Position numbers and translations under genes: made by a program
The notes under the pieces: model-generated
What the model was told of the DNA's origin: nothing
Database searches by the model: none
The model's input: the letters and a program-made list of their open reading frames with translations, nothing else
Assembly (NCBI GenBank): GCA_021613535.1
Contig: CP075493.1
Coordinates: forward strand, 15,562,001-15,626,000
Direction: 5' to 3'
Source of the DNA: Adineta vaga
Lineage: Eukaryota; Animalia; Rotifera
Length of the DNA: 64,000 nucleotides
Part shown: positions 1 through 11,000 of the stretch, piece after piece
Layout: every line of letters starts with the position of its first letter
How positions within the stretch are numbered: the stretch's first letter is position 1

Positions 1-128
1 GATTTGTTTGATATTGATGCTGTCGATGACGGTTCAATCAGCCGACTATCTTTTAAATGGTTTGACACTTTCTTCGTCTTCGTCTCATTTATATGAGTTG
101 TTCTTCCACTATTATTCATTTTGTCCAT
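1..128 (-). CDS. possible 5' end of a gene running off the window edge (MDKMNNSGRTTHINETKTKKVSNHLKDSRLIEPSSTASISTN...)
   Basis: ATG at 128 on the minus strand, frame open to the window edge; no recognisable domain. Confidence 0.3.
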   Translation of the reverse strand, partial: MDKMNNSGRTTHINETKTKKVSNHLKDSRLIEPSSTASISNK

Positions 129-504
129 ACGACGCCGGGTGAATGCTATGCTGTGAAACGACAAGTTGAATTTTCTTATGAATAGAAATAAAACTGTCCT
201 TATTTATATTATTCTTTCTTCGATTTTCGTTACTGTTTGCTTCTATGTTTGTATTATTCTTTCCAACTTTGTCAGAACTTCACGTTACTTTTCTCCGAAA
301 TGTTGTCGCGAATGAAGAAGTGGCAGACAAGAAATTTATTCAAGATTAGAGAACGAAAAAAGGTAAAGATTCGAAAAGGACTGGGAATGAGAGAAGAAGT
401 TTGGACGAATGAAGAATTAAAGCTTTTATTCGTATCCTCGACATAGTTGTTGATTTTCGATGTTTTCTGTCGTTTTGAAGAAAATGTTTTTTTTTGACCT
501 TTCT

Positions 505-525
505 CCCACACCCACCCTCAAGATG
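505..525. repeat. solo C-rich arm of the telomere-like hairpin family (cccacacccaccctcaagatg)
   Basis: Approximate reverse complement of the left arm at 40811 (catcttgagggtg...). Confidence 0.6.
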
Positions 526-673
526 CTGATATTTGAAAAAGAGAAGCGTTTTCTCTTGGATTAACATAAAATACGTTATTAATGTATCAAAAGATTCTGA
601 TTGAAAACAAACATCTAGATATAGAAAGCGAATGTATAAAACATTTTGTTTGTAAGAAAATAAAGTTTAAAGA

Positions 674-1075
674 ATGCATAATTTTACAATATTTTTGTGT
701 ACAATTACTTGTATTGGATATGTTTCAATGATTGTCAAAGCAACTGATACAACATCTATACGTCCCAAAGGTCGAAAAGAAGGTTATGATGCATTAGTTT
801 CTAGTTGCGGTCCAAATAGAGGATGATGTGATGAACATGATGCTTGTTGGAGAAAATATAATTGTAATTATGCTAGTTGGGCTCTAGTTGGTTAGTATAG
901 AAAAAAAAAGATATAATTATTATCATTTTATAGTATTACTTAAATTCTAGGTGAATTTGGATGTTTGTTTAGTAAATGTTGTCAAGGTAATGTAAAAGTT
1001 ATGAGTTGTATAGCAACTCAAAATCCTGGACCATCTACTTGTTGCTCAAAAGGTACTTGTGGACAGCCGAACTAA
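674..1075 (+). pseudogene. small secreted Cys-rich phospholipase A2-like gene with one in-frame TGA (exons 674-890, 951-1075)
   Basis: Manual translation: MHNFTIFLCTITCIGYVSMIVKA (signal-like)...SCGPNRG*CDEHDACWRKYNC...GEFGCLFSKCCQGNVKVMSCIATQNPGPSTCCSKGTCGQPN*. A 60-nt GT-AG intron (891-950) keeps the frame. TGA at 824-826 replaces the first Cys of a CCxxHDxC PLA2-type motif. Confidence 0.6.
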
Positions 1076-1130
1076 AAGCATAGCGTATTTAAGAATTAAC
1101 CTTAGTTACTATAATTAAGCGATTCTTTTA

Positions 1131-1187
1131 TTGAGGGTGTGGGTGTGCTCTTAATCCTCACGCTCACCCAGACCTAGATCCACACCC
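1131..1187. repeat. telomere-like inverted hairpin element
   Basis: ttgagggtgtgggtgtg - spacer - cacgctcacccagacc...cacaccc. Confidence 0.65.
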
Positions 1188-2346
1188 GACGTGCTTCCAT
1201 GTTCGATTGTGTATATACCATTTGAGTTAGGAATGTATTGATTATCGTGTCGTTGCCAAATATGAATTTTTCCTCCACCATTTCTGTTTGGGCTACTGAT
1301 TTGAGTGTTTACGATCAGCTTTGATTGACAATAACTTCATGTCAAGGATCATAAATATCAGTAGTATGCTGTACATTGGATGCCGCTTTTTCATGATCAT
1401 TAGATACTTGATGATGACTCTTCTCGTTTTGCAAAATTTTCGCTACTGAGCAGTTATATAAATGATAACGTGTATTTGTTATTTATCGATATGAAGGCAT
1501 CAAACACAAAATAGGCGTTGTTATTATACTGTCTCGTTACGAGGTATATGCATGTGCACATCTGAGGATGTATCTATTGAGTTTATATTCCACCACGTCC
1601 GTAGGACATGGAGGAGTGGATGGTCCAAAAACGGGATGTGAAACGCACCCATCTGTCGTCCCTAATCCATTCAGATGAATGAAGAAGTATCCTAGTGCCT
1701 TGAAACAGTCATTAAACGTGCTTTTTCAGCGTCGTATTACGAGAGTAATTTGTAGGAAATCAGTGACAGTGGTGAAAACATGACGAAATATCGGTTCAAG
1801 ACAGCGCATGTCGTGTCATAACACTTGTTTAGCAGCGTGTTGTATGGTGGCTGCGATAACTTTTCTCCATCATTGATAGGAGATGACTTTGCATCAAGTA
1901 AAACTTATCAGTGCGAGCAAGAAACTCTTATCAACACGTGCAACTCTTCATATTACTTTTTCACAATCTTGACGAAGACAGGTTTGGCTGTGGGGAGCTC
2001 GACCAACTATTCGAGATGCGATATTCGCAATAGCTCTTAGATATCCAATATTACGCGAGAATACAGCACCAACTTAATGAGAGACTCTCATCCGACTTTC
2101 TTTCCTTTGCTGCTTGTTCCAGGTGGATTTCAGTTTTGAGATACAATTTACATATTTCAGTGCATTTGTTGATAAACGATATACGTGTCAGAATATAGAG
2201 TGGATTGTGATATAATTCCTACCGACCTGCTTTGTTTACCTTCGAAATGCAGTGTAGTTGGGACTAGTTTTATCCTCCAGAAAATGCTGAAGAGCTAATT
2301 ACCTCTTTCTCTACGACATAAGCCTTGCTTTGCAGAATGAGCAGGT

Positions 2347-2757
2347 ATGAAAGAGGGTTTTCAACTGAGAATATCAGACAGTCAATATACTGTACTTACT
2401 ATTTTAGTTTCGCACAACATGTCAAAGACAGCTATATGCATGCCTGCCGATCCTAAAATTGTGATGTTCTGCCAGATAAAATACTGCAATCTCTATGGTT
2501 TATCGATGCTAGAGCCACCATACGTGATGATGGCACTAAGTGCATTGAAACGTCTCAACTTTAAGGTTCATGCTACCACTTACCGAACACATGGCGATGA
2601 GACAATATACTTATGCGAACACATGAGCGAAGGAGTGCAATTTGATATAGTTCAAAACACGCTAAGTGGAATCTGTCAAGACACGTTAATACCAGTCACT
2701 ACACGTGCTTTCAGGAGCAAGGATGGCCAGATCATAATTCGCTGGGTATGCGGCTGA
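2347..2757 (+). CDS. hypothetical protein in a GC-richer segment; 3' end runs into a hairpin element
   Basis: 136-aa ORF from the track; no recognisable domain. Confidence 0.3.
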   Translation: MKEGFQLRISDSQYTVLTILVSHNMSKTAICMPADPKIVMFCQIKYCNLYGLSMLEPPYVMMALSALKRLNFKVHATTYRTHGDETIYLCEHMSEGVQFDIVQNTLSGICQDTLIPVTTRAFRSKDGQIIIRWVCG

Positions 2758-2824
2758 TGGGTGCGGGTGAGTGTGGGTATGGATTTGGAACAGATGAACA
2801 CCGACATGCACCCGCACACACCCT
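2743..2824. repeat. telomere-like inverted hairpin element
   Basis: gggtgcgggtgagtgtgggtatgga - spacer - caccgacatgcacccgcacacaccct. Confidence 0.7.
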
Positions 2825-3213
2825 TCGCTTTCAAACGCACGCTGATGTCGATTATTTTACAAATCAAATTTTCGAATGATAATCCAGAGCAGAATGATGA
2901 AAGATTATAACAAAACATCATCCTTTTTTCCATACGATTCTTTTGATTTTGATTCAATAAATGACTAAAGATGATTCTGAATAAAATAGAATTTGAGAAT
3001 AGCTGCCATGAAGGCCTAAATTTCTCTTTCTTCATATAACTAAGTATATCAGATCGTAAGCTTACAAACAGACCAATTTTCGTCCGATAGCATAACATAA
3101 ATATATCATTGAATCAATGTCATGTTCTTCTCGGACGAAATAGAGAGAAAAAAATGAACATATGTCTATCGATGAAAGATAAAACAGACAGTATTGTCTG
3201 AGAGTGAATAAAT

Positions 3214-4894
3214 ATGAATTTGCTTGATTTACCGAATGAAATTCTTCTTTATATATTAGCCGAAATGAATGTTGTTGATGCATTATTTAGGCAAAGTGGA
3301 CTCAATCGTCGACTTGATCAATTATTATTCAATAGTATCTATGTTCGTGAACTGGATTTTACAATAAAATCATGGGATAATTCGATTTCTCCAATAAATG
3401 ATTTAGTAATTAATCAAGTTTGAGAGAAAATTCTTCCTCGTATTATTGATAAAATTATCAAACTCATACCTGAACCATATGCAATCGAACGTGTTCTCAA
3501 TAGTACTATTTATCCGAAAGTTTCTTCATTATCATTGTTGAATTTTCGAAGTGAAATACTTTTACAACATCTTACAAGTATAATGATCATATTATTTGAA
3601 TAATATAATTATTGAAAGTATTGTAGAAAACGATATTCTTATTGAATTAATCCGACAGCAAATTACACATTTGTATGTGAATACTACTGATGAAACAAAT
3701 GGTAACAACGATGAATTAAAAATATTTGAATTAATTTTATCACTGTCGAAATATTTGATCGAATTAACATTTCATCAATCATTTAAAATTAATGATGAGC
3801 ATCTTTTTATGCATCATCTACCATCGACAATTCCTATCTGTTCCACATTGACTAAACTGAACATACAAGTGAATACGTTTGACGATTGTTTTTCTCTTTT
3901 AAATGATCATTTTCCATCATTATCACATTATTCAGTTTACATTACTAACATTTTATCGACTTCCCTAGATATAAATAAAATAGTAAGTTAAAGTTATTTG
4001 AAAATATTTTCATTGATTATTATTATGGTCTTCTAGATAGATTGATCACAACTGAAATATTTTTCATTAACATCATATGTTGGCACATACTTTTACAACG
4101 ATCTTATCGTACCATTGATACAAAAAATGTCTTATTTAGAAGAACTTCGTTTAGTTATAACTGTTCCAAGAGAAGATACATATCAAGTTACTGATGGAAA
4201 TAATCTTTATACGGATATTCTCATTCATCTATCTCAATTGAAAAGTTTTCGATTTAGTATTTATACCTATATTTATAACGGAAATGTATCAATCGATAAT
4301 TTTCGTTCGAACGATGATATTCAACAGAGTTTTGATTATAATAGATTCGGAGAAATTGGTTCGTATATTCAAGAAACTTCTGAAAGAGACGAATACGGAT
4401 GTCATGTGTATTCACTTCCATTTACCTTTCAAATGTTCAATCGATTGAGTATGTCATTTTCAGATGGAATATTCTATCATGTTAAAGTTTTAGTTGCTAA
4501 TGATTATGTACCGTGGGAGAAGAATTTTTTAAAGAAAATTGCTCAATGTTTTCCTTTTATTGAAACATTACTTATTGTGAATTCTAAACCACAGGAAAAC
4601 AAATCACAATTGAGTAAGGAAGCAGAGAAGCTGGAATTAACAACGTTTACTCGATTATTCGAACTTCGTGTGGCATTAGCACATATGAATTATGTTGAAC
4701 AATTATTATTCAATCGTTGTATACACCTACCTCGACTTCGAATATTGGAAATGTAATATAGTCAACTAATTACATTAACAGATAATTTTACAAACGATCA
4801 AACCCAACTCAATTGTTTTCAAGTACAACATTTGATGATTGACGAATGTTTTGTTCGGCCACAAAATTTTTGTCTATTTTTTCCTTCGTTATAA
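3214..4894 (+). pseudogene. F-box (N-terminal) / LRR-like protein, disrupted
   Basis: MNLLDLPNEILLYIL F-box motif. Short introns near 3580-3625 and 3983-4040. In-frame TGA at 3421-3423 (INQV*EKILPRI) and TAA at 4754-4756 (ILEM*YSQLITLTDNFTND...FFPSL*), with coding-like sequence continuing past both. Confidence 0.75.
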
Positions 4895-5456
4895 TAAACA
4901 ACCAAAAGAATAGGGATGAACAAGGAGATAGTTTAATTAAGTAACTGTACGATGTTAAGATTTTTGATGAATATTCAATATCTTATCCATTCAATAATGT
5001 TTCTTTTAACAACCATTTATTTTGACTGACGAAAGAATGATAAAACAAAATTTCTTCTCATCAAATTTTTAGTAATATTTCGATCATATCGGAAGGATGA
5101 AGATCATCACAAACAATTAATTTAGATCTTGAATTAAAACATCTCTCTGATTTAAATCGTTATTTTAATGATGAATATCGTACTCCTCTACCCATTCTAA
5201 TAATCAAAAATCGAAGATATGTTAATGAAAAACAACTCATCTTATTAACTAAACTTATTTGAAAACATTATCAACAATCGTGAACATCATTCTCAAAGAA
5301 TTCAAACAATCGATTGTTAGAAGAATCACTTTCAAAACAAGAAAAAATTCATTTATACAGATCGATATTTGAACCACGAAGAAAAAGATCAGTATAATAC
5401 AAAAGTTCAAAATGTCTGAAATCATAGCTAAGAGACTAAAACAAATAATTAGTAAG

Positions 5457-6074
5457 CTATAATCTTTGTAAAAGTCTATGTAAAAGTTCTTGTTGATGTT
5501 CAATATTTGTTTTCCCATAGAAAATACAATTATTATGATTATCTCGATTAATTAATGTTAAATCAAAATATTTTTCCAGAAGATAACATCCAACTTCACT
5601 TACTGCAACTCCCGACCATTCTGTTACGATTGATTGATTTTTTCCATAAGATAAAAGACTTTCTAAGAAATATTTTACCAATAGACGATATACTGGTAAA
5701 TTCGGACGTTTTTGATAATCTGGATCAACTACCATCGAACATATATGAATAGAATAATTCTTATTAATTCCATCATTCCAACTTCTCATATCATCATTCG
5801 TAATATGTGTACGTTCATCAAATTCCGGTTGAAGTGTTTTTAGAAAAGCATCCTGTTTCAATGGTATGACAGATATATAACCAATCAGATGATTGTTATC
5901 TTTCGCTAACCACCACATGAAAGGATTGAATTGATACCATTGAAAAAGTAAATTAGACGAAAGAACAATTGATGACTGATAAACTTTTTTGGCTAAAGAT
6001 TCAATTTCATTCATAGTTTGTTCAGCTTCTTCAGATGGGATTCTATGAGTGATTGATAATGAATTTAGTATCAT
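5457..6074 (-). CDS. GNAT-like N-acetyltransferase
   Basis: 205-aa ORF with LIGYISVIP and the IHICSMVVDPDYQKR motif-A-like segment; an upstream exon is possible (ttttag immediately before the ATG). Confidence 0.65.
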   Translation of the reverse strand: MILNSLSITHRIPSEEAEQTMNEIESLAKKVYQSSIVLSSNLLFQWYQFNPFMWWLAKDNNHLIGYISVIPLKQDAFLKTLQPEFDERTHITNDDMRSWNDGINKNYSIHICSMVVDPDYQKRPNLPVYRLLVKYFLESLLSYGKNQSIVTEWSGVAVSEVGCYLLEKYFDLTLINRDNHNNCIFYGKTNIEHQQELLHRLLQRL

Positions 6075-6776
6075 CTAAAAAAGATTGTACATTGGTTTTC
6101 TTCATAGAAATGAAATCAATGTTAAAAGAAAGAAATTTTTTACATTTATATTTTATCTTTTCTTATCTTAATGATGAGTCAAGGATTGTTACAATACGGT
6201 CGATTGTCGAATGAGAAAGTAAACAAGCGCCATCTATAAAATCCTCATAGATGTAAAAGGATTCTCTTTTTCATATAATTGGTTCGATTATTTACAAAAT
6301 CTAGTCGAAAAAATGATGATGTTCGATGTTGTGGATCATGTAAAATGTTTTTTCGACGAAATTTTCTACTTTTTATCGTTAAAGTCTATTTGTTTTTCTA
6401 TTTATTCGAAAGAAAAATGTTCATTTATTTCAGAATGTCAAATAACAATAATCAATCATTATTAACATTTGATCAATGATCTGTTCTATCGAATATTAAT
6501 AACAGTTATGATTTATCAAAATAATTTAACAGCACATGCAGCAGAAATTGCCAGACATGAAGTTTTACTTCAAAAAATGATGTGAGAAACTGAACAATTA
6601 TTACAGATTGATTTTTTTTGTTAAAAAGATGTTGACAAAAATAAAAATTCGTTTTTTTAATTCTATCTTTAACATAAATGTGTGTGAAAGATAAGTAACG
6701 AACTCACTCACTACAATTTCGATTGTGATAACGATTTTATTTCATTTTTTTGTCGTAGATTTGAAAATATTTTTCA

Positions 6777-7337
6777 ATGACTTCTGTTGAGACTATAGCT
6801 GATAGTCGATTTGTTCTTCGTCGTGCTATCGAGACGGATAGTGTTGCAATCTCTCAACTTAGTCAACAGACATGGAGGGAAACTTATCTAGAAGATTTGG
6901 CTCTGCCTATACCTGAACATGATGTGGAATTCTATCTTCGTACAAAGAAAAGTCCAGATTGGTATGCAAAGAAAATTGCTGATCCATTAGAAGCAACTTG
7001 GGTGATTGAAGATAAAATCATTGATGAAATTGTCGCCTATCTCATTGTTGGTCGGCGTGAAGTACCTCATCCAGATTTTAGCCTAAATCAAGATGGTCAT
7101 ATTGAATTTCTTTATATTCGACGTGATCGACAATCTCAAGGACTTGGACGACAATTAATGAATTTGGCATTATCATGGATGAAAGAACAATTTCCCGGAC
7201 GACCTGTTTGGTTGACTACATTAGCTTGCAATTTGAAATCACAAAAATTGTACACATACTACGGTTTCACTACTGTAGGTGATTTCTACTCATATGTTGG
7301 TGATACGAAACGACATCTCATTATTATGCGACGATAG
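6777..7337 (+). CDS. GNAT N-acetyltransferase (bacterial PaiA-like)
   Basis: Intronless 186 aa; IEFLYIRRDRQSQGLGRQLM (R/QxxGxG acetyl-CoA motif) and VWLTTLACNLKSQKLYTYYGF. Confidence 0.85.
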   Translation: MTSVETIADSRFVLRRAIETDSVAISQLSQQTWRETYLEDLALPIPEHDVEFYLRTKKSPDWYAKKIADPLEATWVIEDKIIDEIVAYLIVGRREVPHPDFSLNQDGHIEFLYIRRDRQSQGLGRQLMNLALSWMKEQFPGRPVWLTTLACNLKSQKLYTYYGFTTVGDFYSYVGDTKRHLIIMRR

Positions 7338-7668
7338 ACAATTGCTTGTCTTAAAGTTTACTTTGTTACATTCTTGTGCAAAAATTAACACTATTGTTAT
7401 GTTTATTCACATATTGATTTTTCCACGAAGTCATTCTATTCTACAACTTTTAACCTCAGATTGTGAATAATCAAACTGATGTTTTGCTAAAGACTTGAGT
7501 TAACGTTGGATGTTTCTTGCATCTAAAGAAAACGTATTTTGATGAATAAGAAAAGATTTAAGCAAATATTCTTGTTTACCCATCGATAAATTGTGGTCTG
7601 TTCAGTTTTTGTTCTTTATTAACACCGAATAAAGCAAAGATATCAGATGCAATCTCTTCGACATTTAT

Positions 7669-7780
7669 TTGAGCGGGTGAGTGAGAGTATTGCATCTATC
7701 TAACACCCACACCCATACCCTCAGAAACTGTGACACAAACGTCACCAAACTCACATCTTCACCCACCCCACCCTCACCCC
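7669..7780. repeat. telomere-like inverted hairpin element plus an extra C-rich arm
   Basis: ttgagcgggtgagtgagagtattgcatctatctaacacccacacccataccctca, followed by cacccaccccaccctcacccc at ~7760-7780. Confidence 0.75.
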
Positions 7781-8039
7781 TAATCCATCACAGCACTAAA
7801 TATCGAGACGCAACACAGACTATGTAAGAAAGACAATATATCATAAACAAGAGAAAAACCCACTCGTTCTCTTATTGTATAATCACAGAAAAAAATACTT
7901 TAATAAAATAAAAGTTGTAAAATAGTGATATTACGATTCGTCAATACCCATGAAGATAAAGCGCTGTTTCTTTTCCTTTTGTTTTGTTATATGATTGCTA
8001 TACATTTTTCAAATACGTTTTATTAATCTGTATACGACG

Positions 8040-11000
8040 ATGGGACAACAATTGTTTAAAGTTGATTTTCAAAGTATTGATTTAAATGATGTACAATTGA
8101 ATTCAACTGATATTTTACTTGACAATGAGCAAGAAAATATTCTGTTTTTTTTCCCGAATCAAACTGATGAAACAATGATTAATAATGCAGAACAACTATT
8201 TAGTGACAAAATTCATCAGCAACTTTTTCGATTAACTCATTCGAATGAATTAGATAAAATTCATACTGATATTAACCGTATTCTCAGCAATGAAGTTTAT
8301 CCTTCCATAAATAATGATTATAAAAAAGTTATTCAACAATTAAAATTTACTTTGGAAAACCAACATCAACTTTGCACATTTTTATCGCACAAATTCGAAG
8401 ATAAATCTATTGAAGATGATATCGAACAACAAACGAGTGTCGACAATAACCAATTTCCTTATTTTGCTATTCAATCTTCAATATCAGTTTTACTTTTATT
8501 AATAAAATCTGTTGAAAAAATAGATCCGATAATTATTCCACAAACCATTACATTAATATCTCAATTATGTGAACAACTTCCCATAGAATTCTCATCGGTA
8601 CAATTTGACACAAACTTATTATTTCAATCATTACAACCAATCCGAGATTATTTCCATGAATTATCATTAAGAAATGATCCAATTATTGCAATAACAGCAA
8701 TTCAAATTCTATTGAAACTGTCTATTGCTCAATGTTCATTCAAGGAGATGTTACCTTTATTAGCCAGATTGATATTTGATACAGAGACAATCTATGATGT
8801 TCGATGTTTGTTCATTCAATTGAATAAGATCATGCCAACGATGATTACATTACAAGGAGAATGGAGCAATTTTAAAAGAATAGACAAAGCAATAGAATTC
8901 TTAGAATCAATTGGCGTTTACCCAAATACACAATTGATGAAGTTGAATAAGAAAATGTTTACTGGTCAATTTATCGCTGCAATTATTCTTACACATATTG
9001 ATATTAATCAAATCGATGTTAACCAACAAATTAACTATGATTTAGTCCAAAATTCATTTTCATTTGAATTTCATCCAAATACCTTTGAAATTTTATCTAA
9101 TATTATTACACAATTAAATACTATTCTCAAAAAAGATTCTAAATCTATCATAATTTCCATGTTAATTGTCTGTTTAAGATTGTTTACTACACATCTAAAG
9201 TATTTATCTGCGAGTCAATTGAATCTTCATCGAGATTTATTTCCGGAATCTTCTCAGAAAAATTTCGATCTCAACAAATTTGTCACTGAAGAACAACTGA
9301 TCAATTGGTTTGAATTATTATTAGATTTATCTTATGGTCAGAAAGAGGTCTCTGAAGAAGCATCAAAAGCATTTATCTATCTTCTTGATCTACGATTACC
9401 ATCATTTACAGAAAAATTATCCTTCATACATCGATATGTCGTTGAAAATAAATATCCAATTCTCAATAATCAACTAATATTCGAATTACATAAAAATGAA
9501 AATTTACTTTGTTGGATCGCTATTCTTAGTGATGAGAATAACAACCACAAAGGATTGAAAATCTTAGAATCTTTTATCGAGATTTGTTTTAATCCACCAG
9601 AACAAAGAGATAAAGAACAAATTACACAAATCGAAAAAATGCTTTTATTATTTCAACATCTTCTTATCTGTCAATTATTTCTTCCTACTAATGATCATTC
9701 CGTAAATCGATCCACCAATGTACCAAGTTCAGTAGTTATTCAATATCTAATATATTTATTTCGATATAATTTAAGAATAACAAAAAATATTTTATTCAAA
9801 TCTACACTCGTCGGCTTGTGTTTAATGACTAAGGTCAATGAATTATTTGATTTTACAACTGTCCAACCTATCTTTGCTGCTATTTTACCATTATTAGTTA
9901 ATTATATACTACATATGTTAACGAAAAAAAGATTTATTTCAAATTATTATGATCTTATTAGTTGGTTAATAGCGAAAATGACTTCTATACTAATATCAGG
10001 ATTACCTTTAGATTCTTTAGAAATTAAATATATGGAAAAATTGCAATCAACAATTTTTACTGGTGGATATAGAAAGTCAACGTCTGAAAAAAGTACTTAT
10101 CTATCAAACTTACTCGATTCAAATCTTGCAAAATACAGTGAATTTAAATTAGATTTTCACACCGACGAATCAACATCTGATAATGAATTTTTAATGTCTG
10201 TCTTTAATAATAGTGAAGAGGGTGCAAGACTAATCACAAAAATGAAAATGTTTATTAAAGAAAATCAATATTCATTACAACCATCAATTGAAGAACAAGC
10301 TAATAATTTAGTATCTATAATGTATGCAGTATACATAAAATATTTTGATCGAATCAATCTTGCCAAATTCGAAGTCATCCAAACAAATCAACAACACACT
10401 TATAGTCACCTACTTTCCATCTTTAAATATGCTAATCATGTTCGAACTGTATTAGGAACGATTAAAGCCAGTGGTGGTAATTGCGAGGAATTTTATCAAC
10501 AGGTAAAAAAGAATGCATTGTTTCTCCTTTTATCCATGAATAAAAGTGACTCCATTCCTATAATTACGGAGGATACGCCATCACCAGTCATTGAACTTCT
10601 AGTAACACAACCACATCATCGTCAATTTCAACGACAAGTTTCTCGATGGTCAAAAGCTAAACATGTTCTCAAACTACTTCGACATTTAATGCAAGCTTGT
10701 ATTCGATTTAAGAAATTAATGCACAAAAAACAAGCACGACAAAAACGAGTTGATGCAGAAACTCTTCTCAGTCGAGCTATTGATCAATTTATTTATAAAG
10801 AAAAAGATTTTGAATTAGATGAAATAATAAAATGTCTCGATCGACAATATGAACGAGCAATAACACGATTGATTACCTATCGATTTATCGAAAAATTCAT
10901 GCAAGATGTTGTTCAATTGAAGAACAACAACAACAACCAATCACGAGTATTAACAACGTTGGCTATTCTTTTACCGATGTTGAGAAAGTCTAAATTGAAA

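Noticed and set aside
824-3423. UGA-to-Cys/Sec recoding (TGA at probable Cys positions in the PLA2-like and F-box genes)
   Set aside because: TGY->TGA is a single substitution, the F-box gene also has a TAA lesion, and long Cys-containing ORFs have no in-frame TGA.
5070-5400. Exon-like plus-strand segment (SQTINLDLELKHLSDLNRYFNDEY...EPRRKRSV*)
   Set aside because: Contains stops, has no start and no recognisable family; too weak to call.
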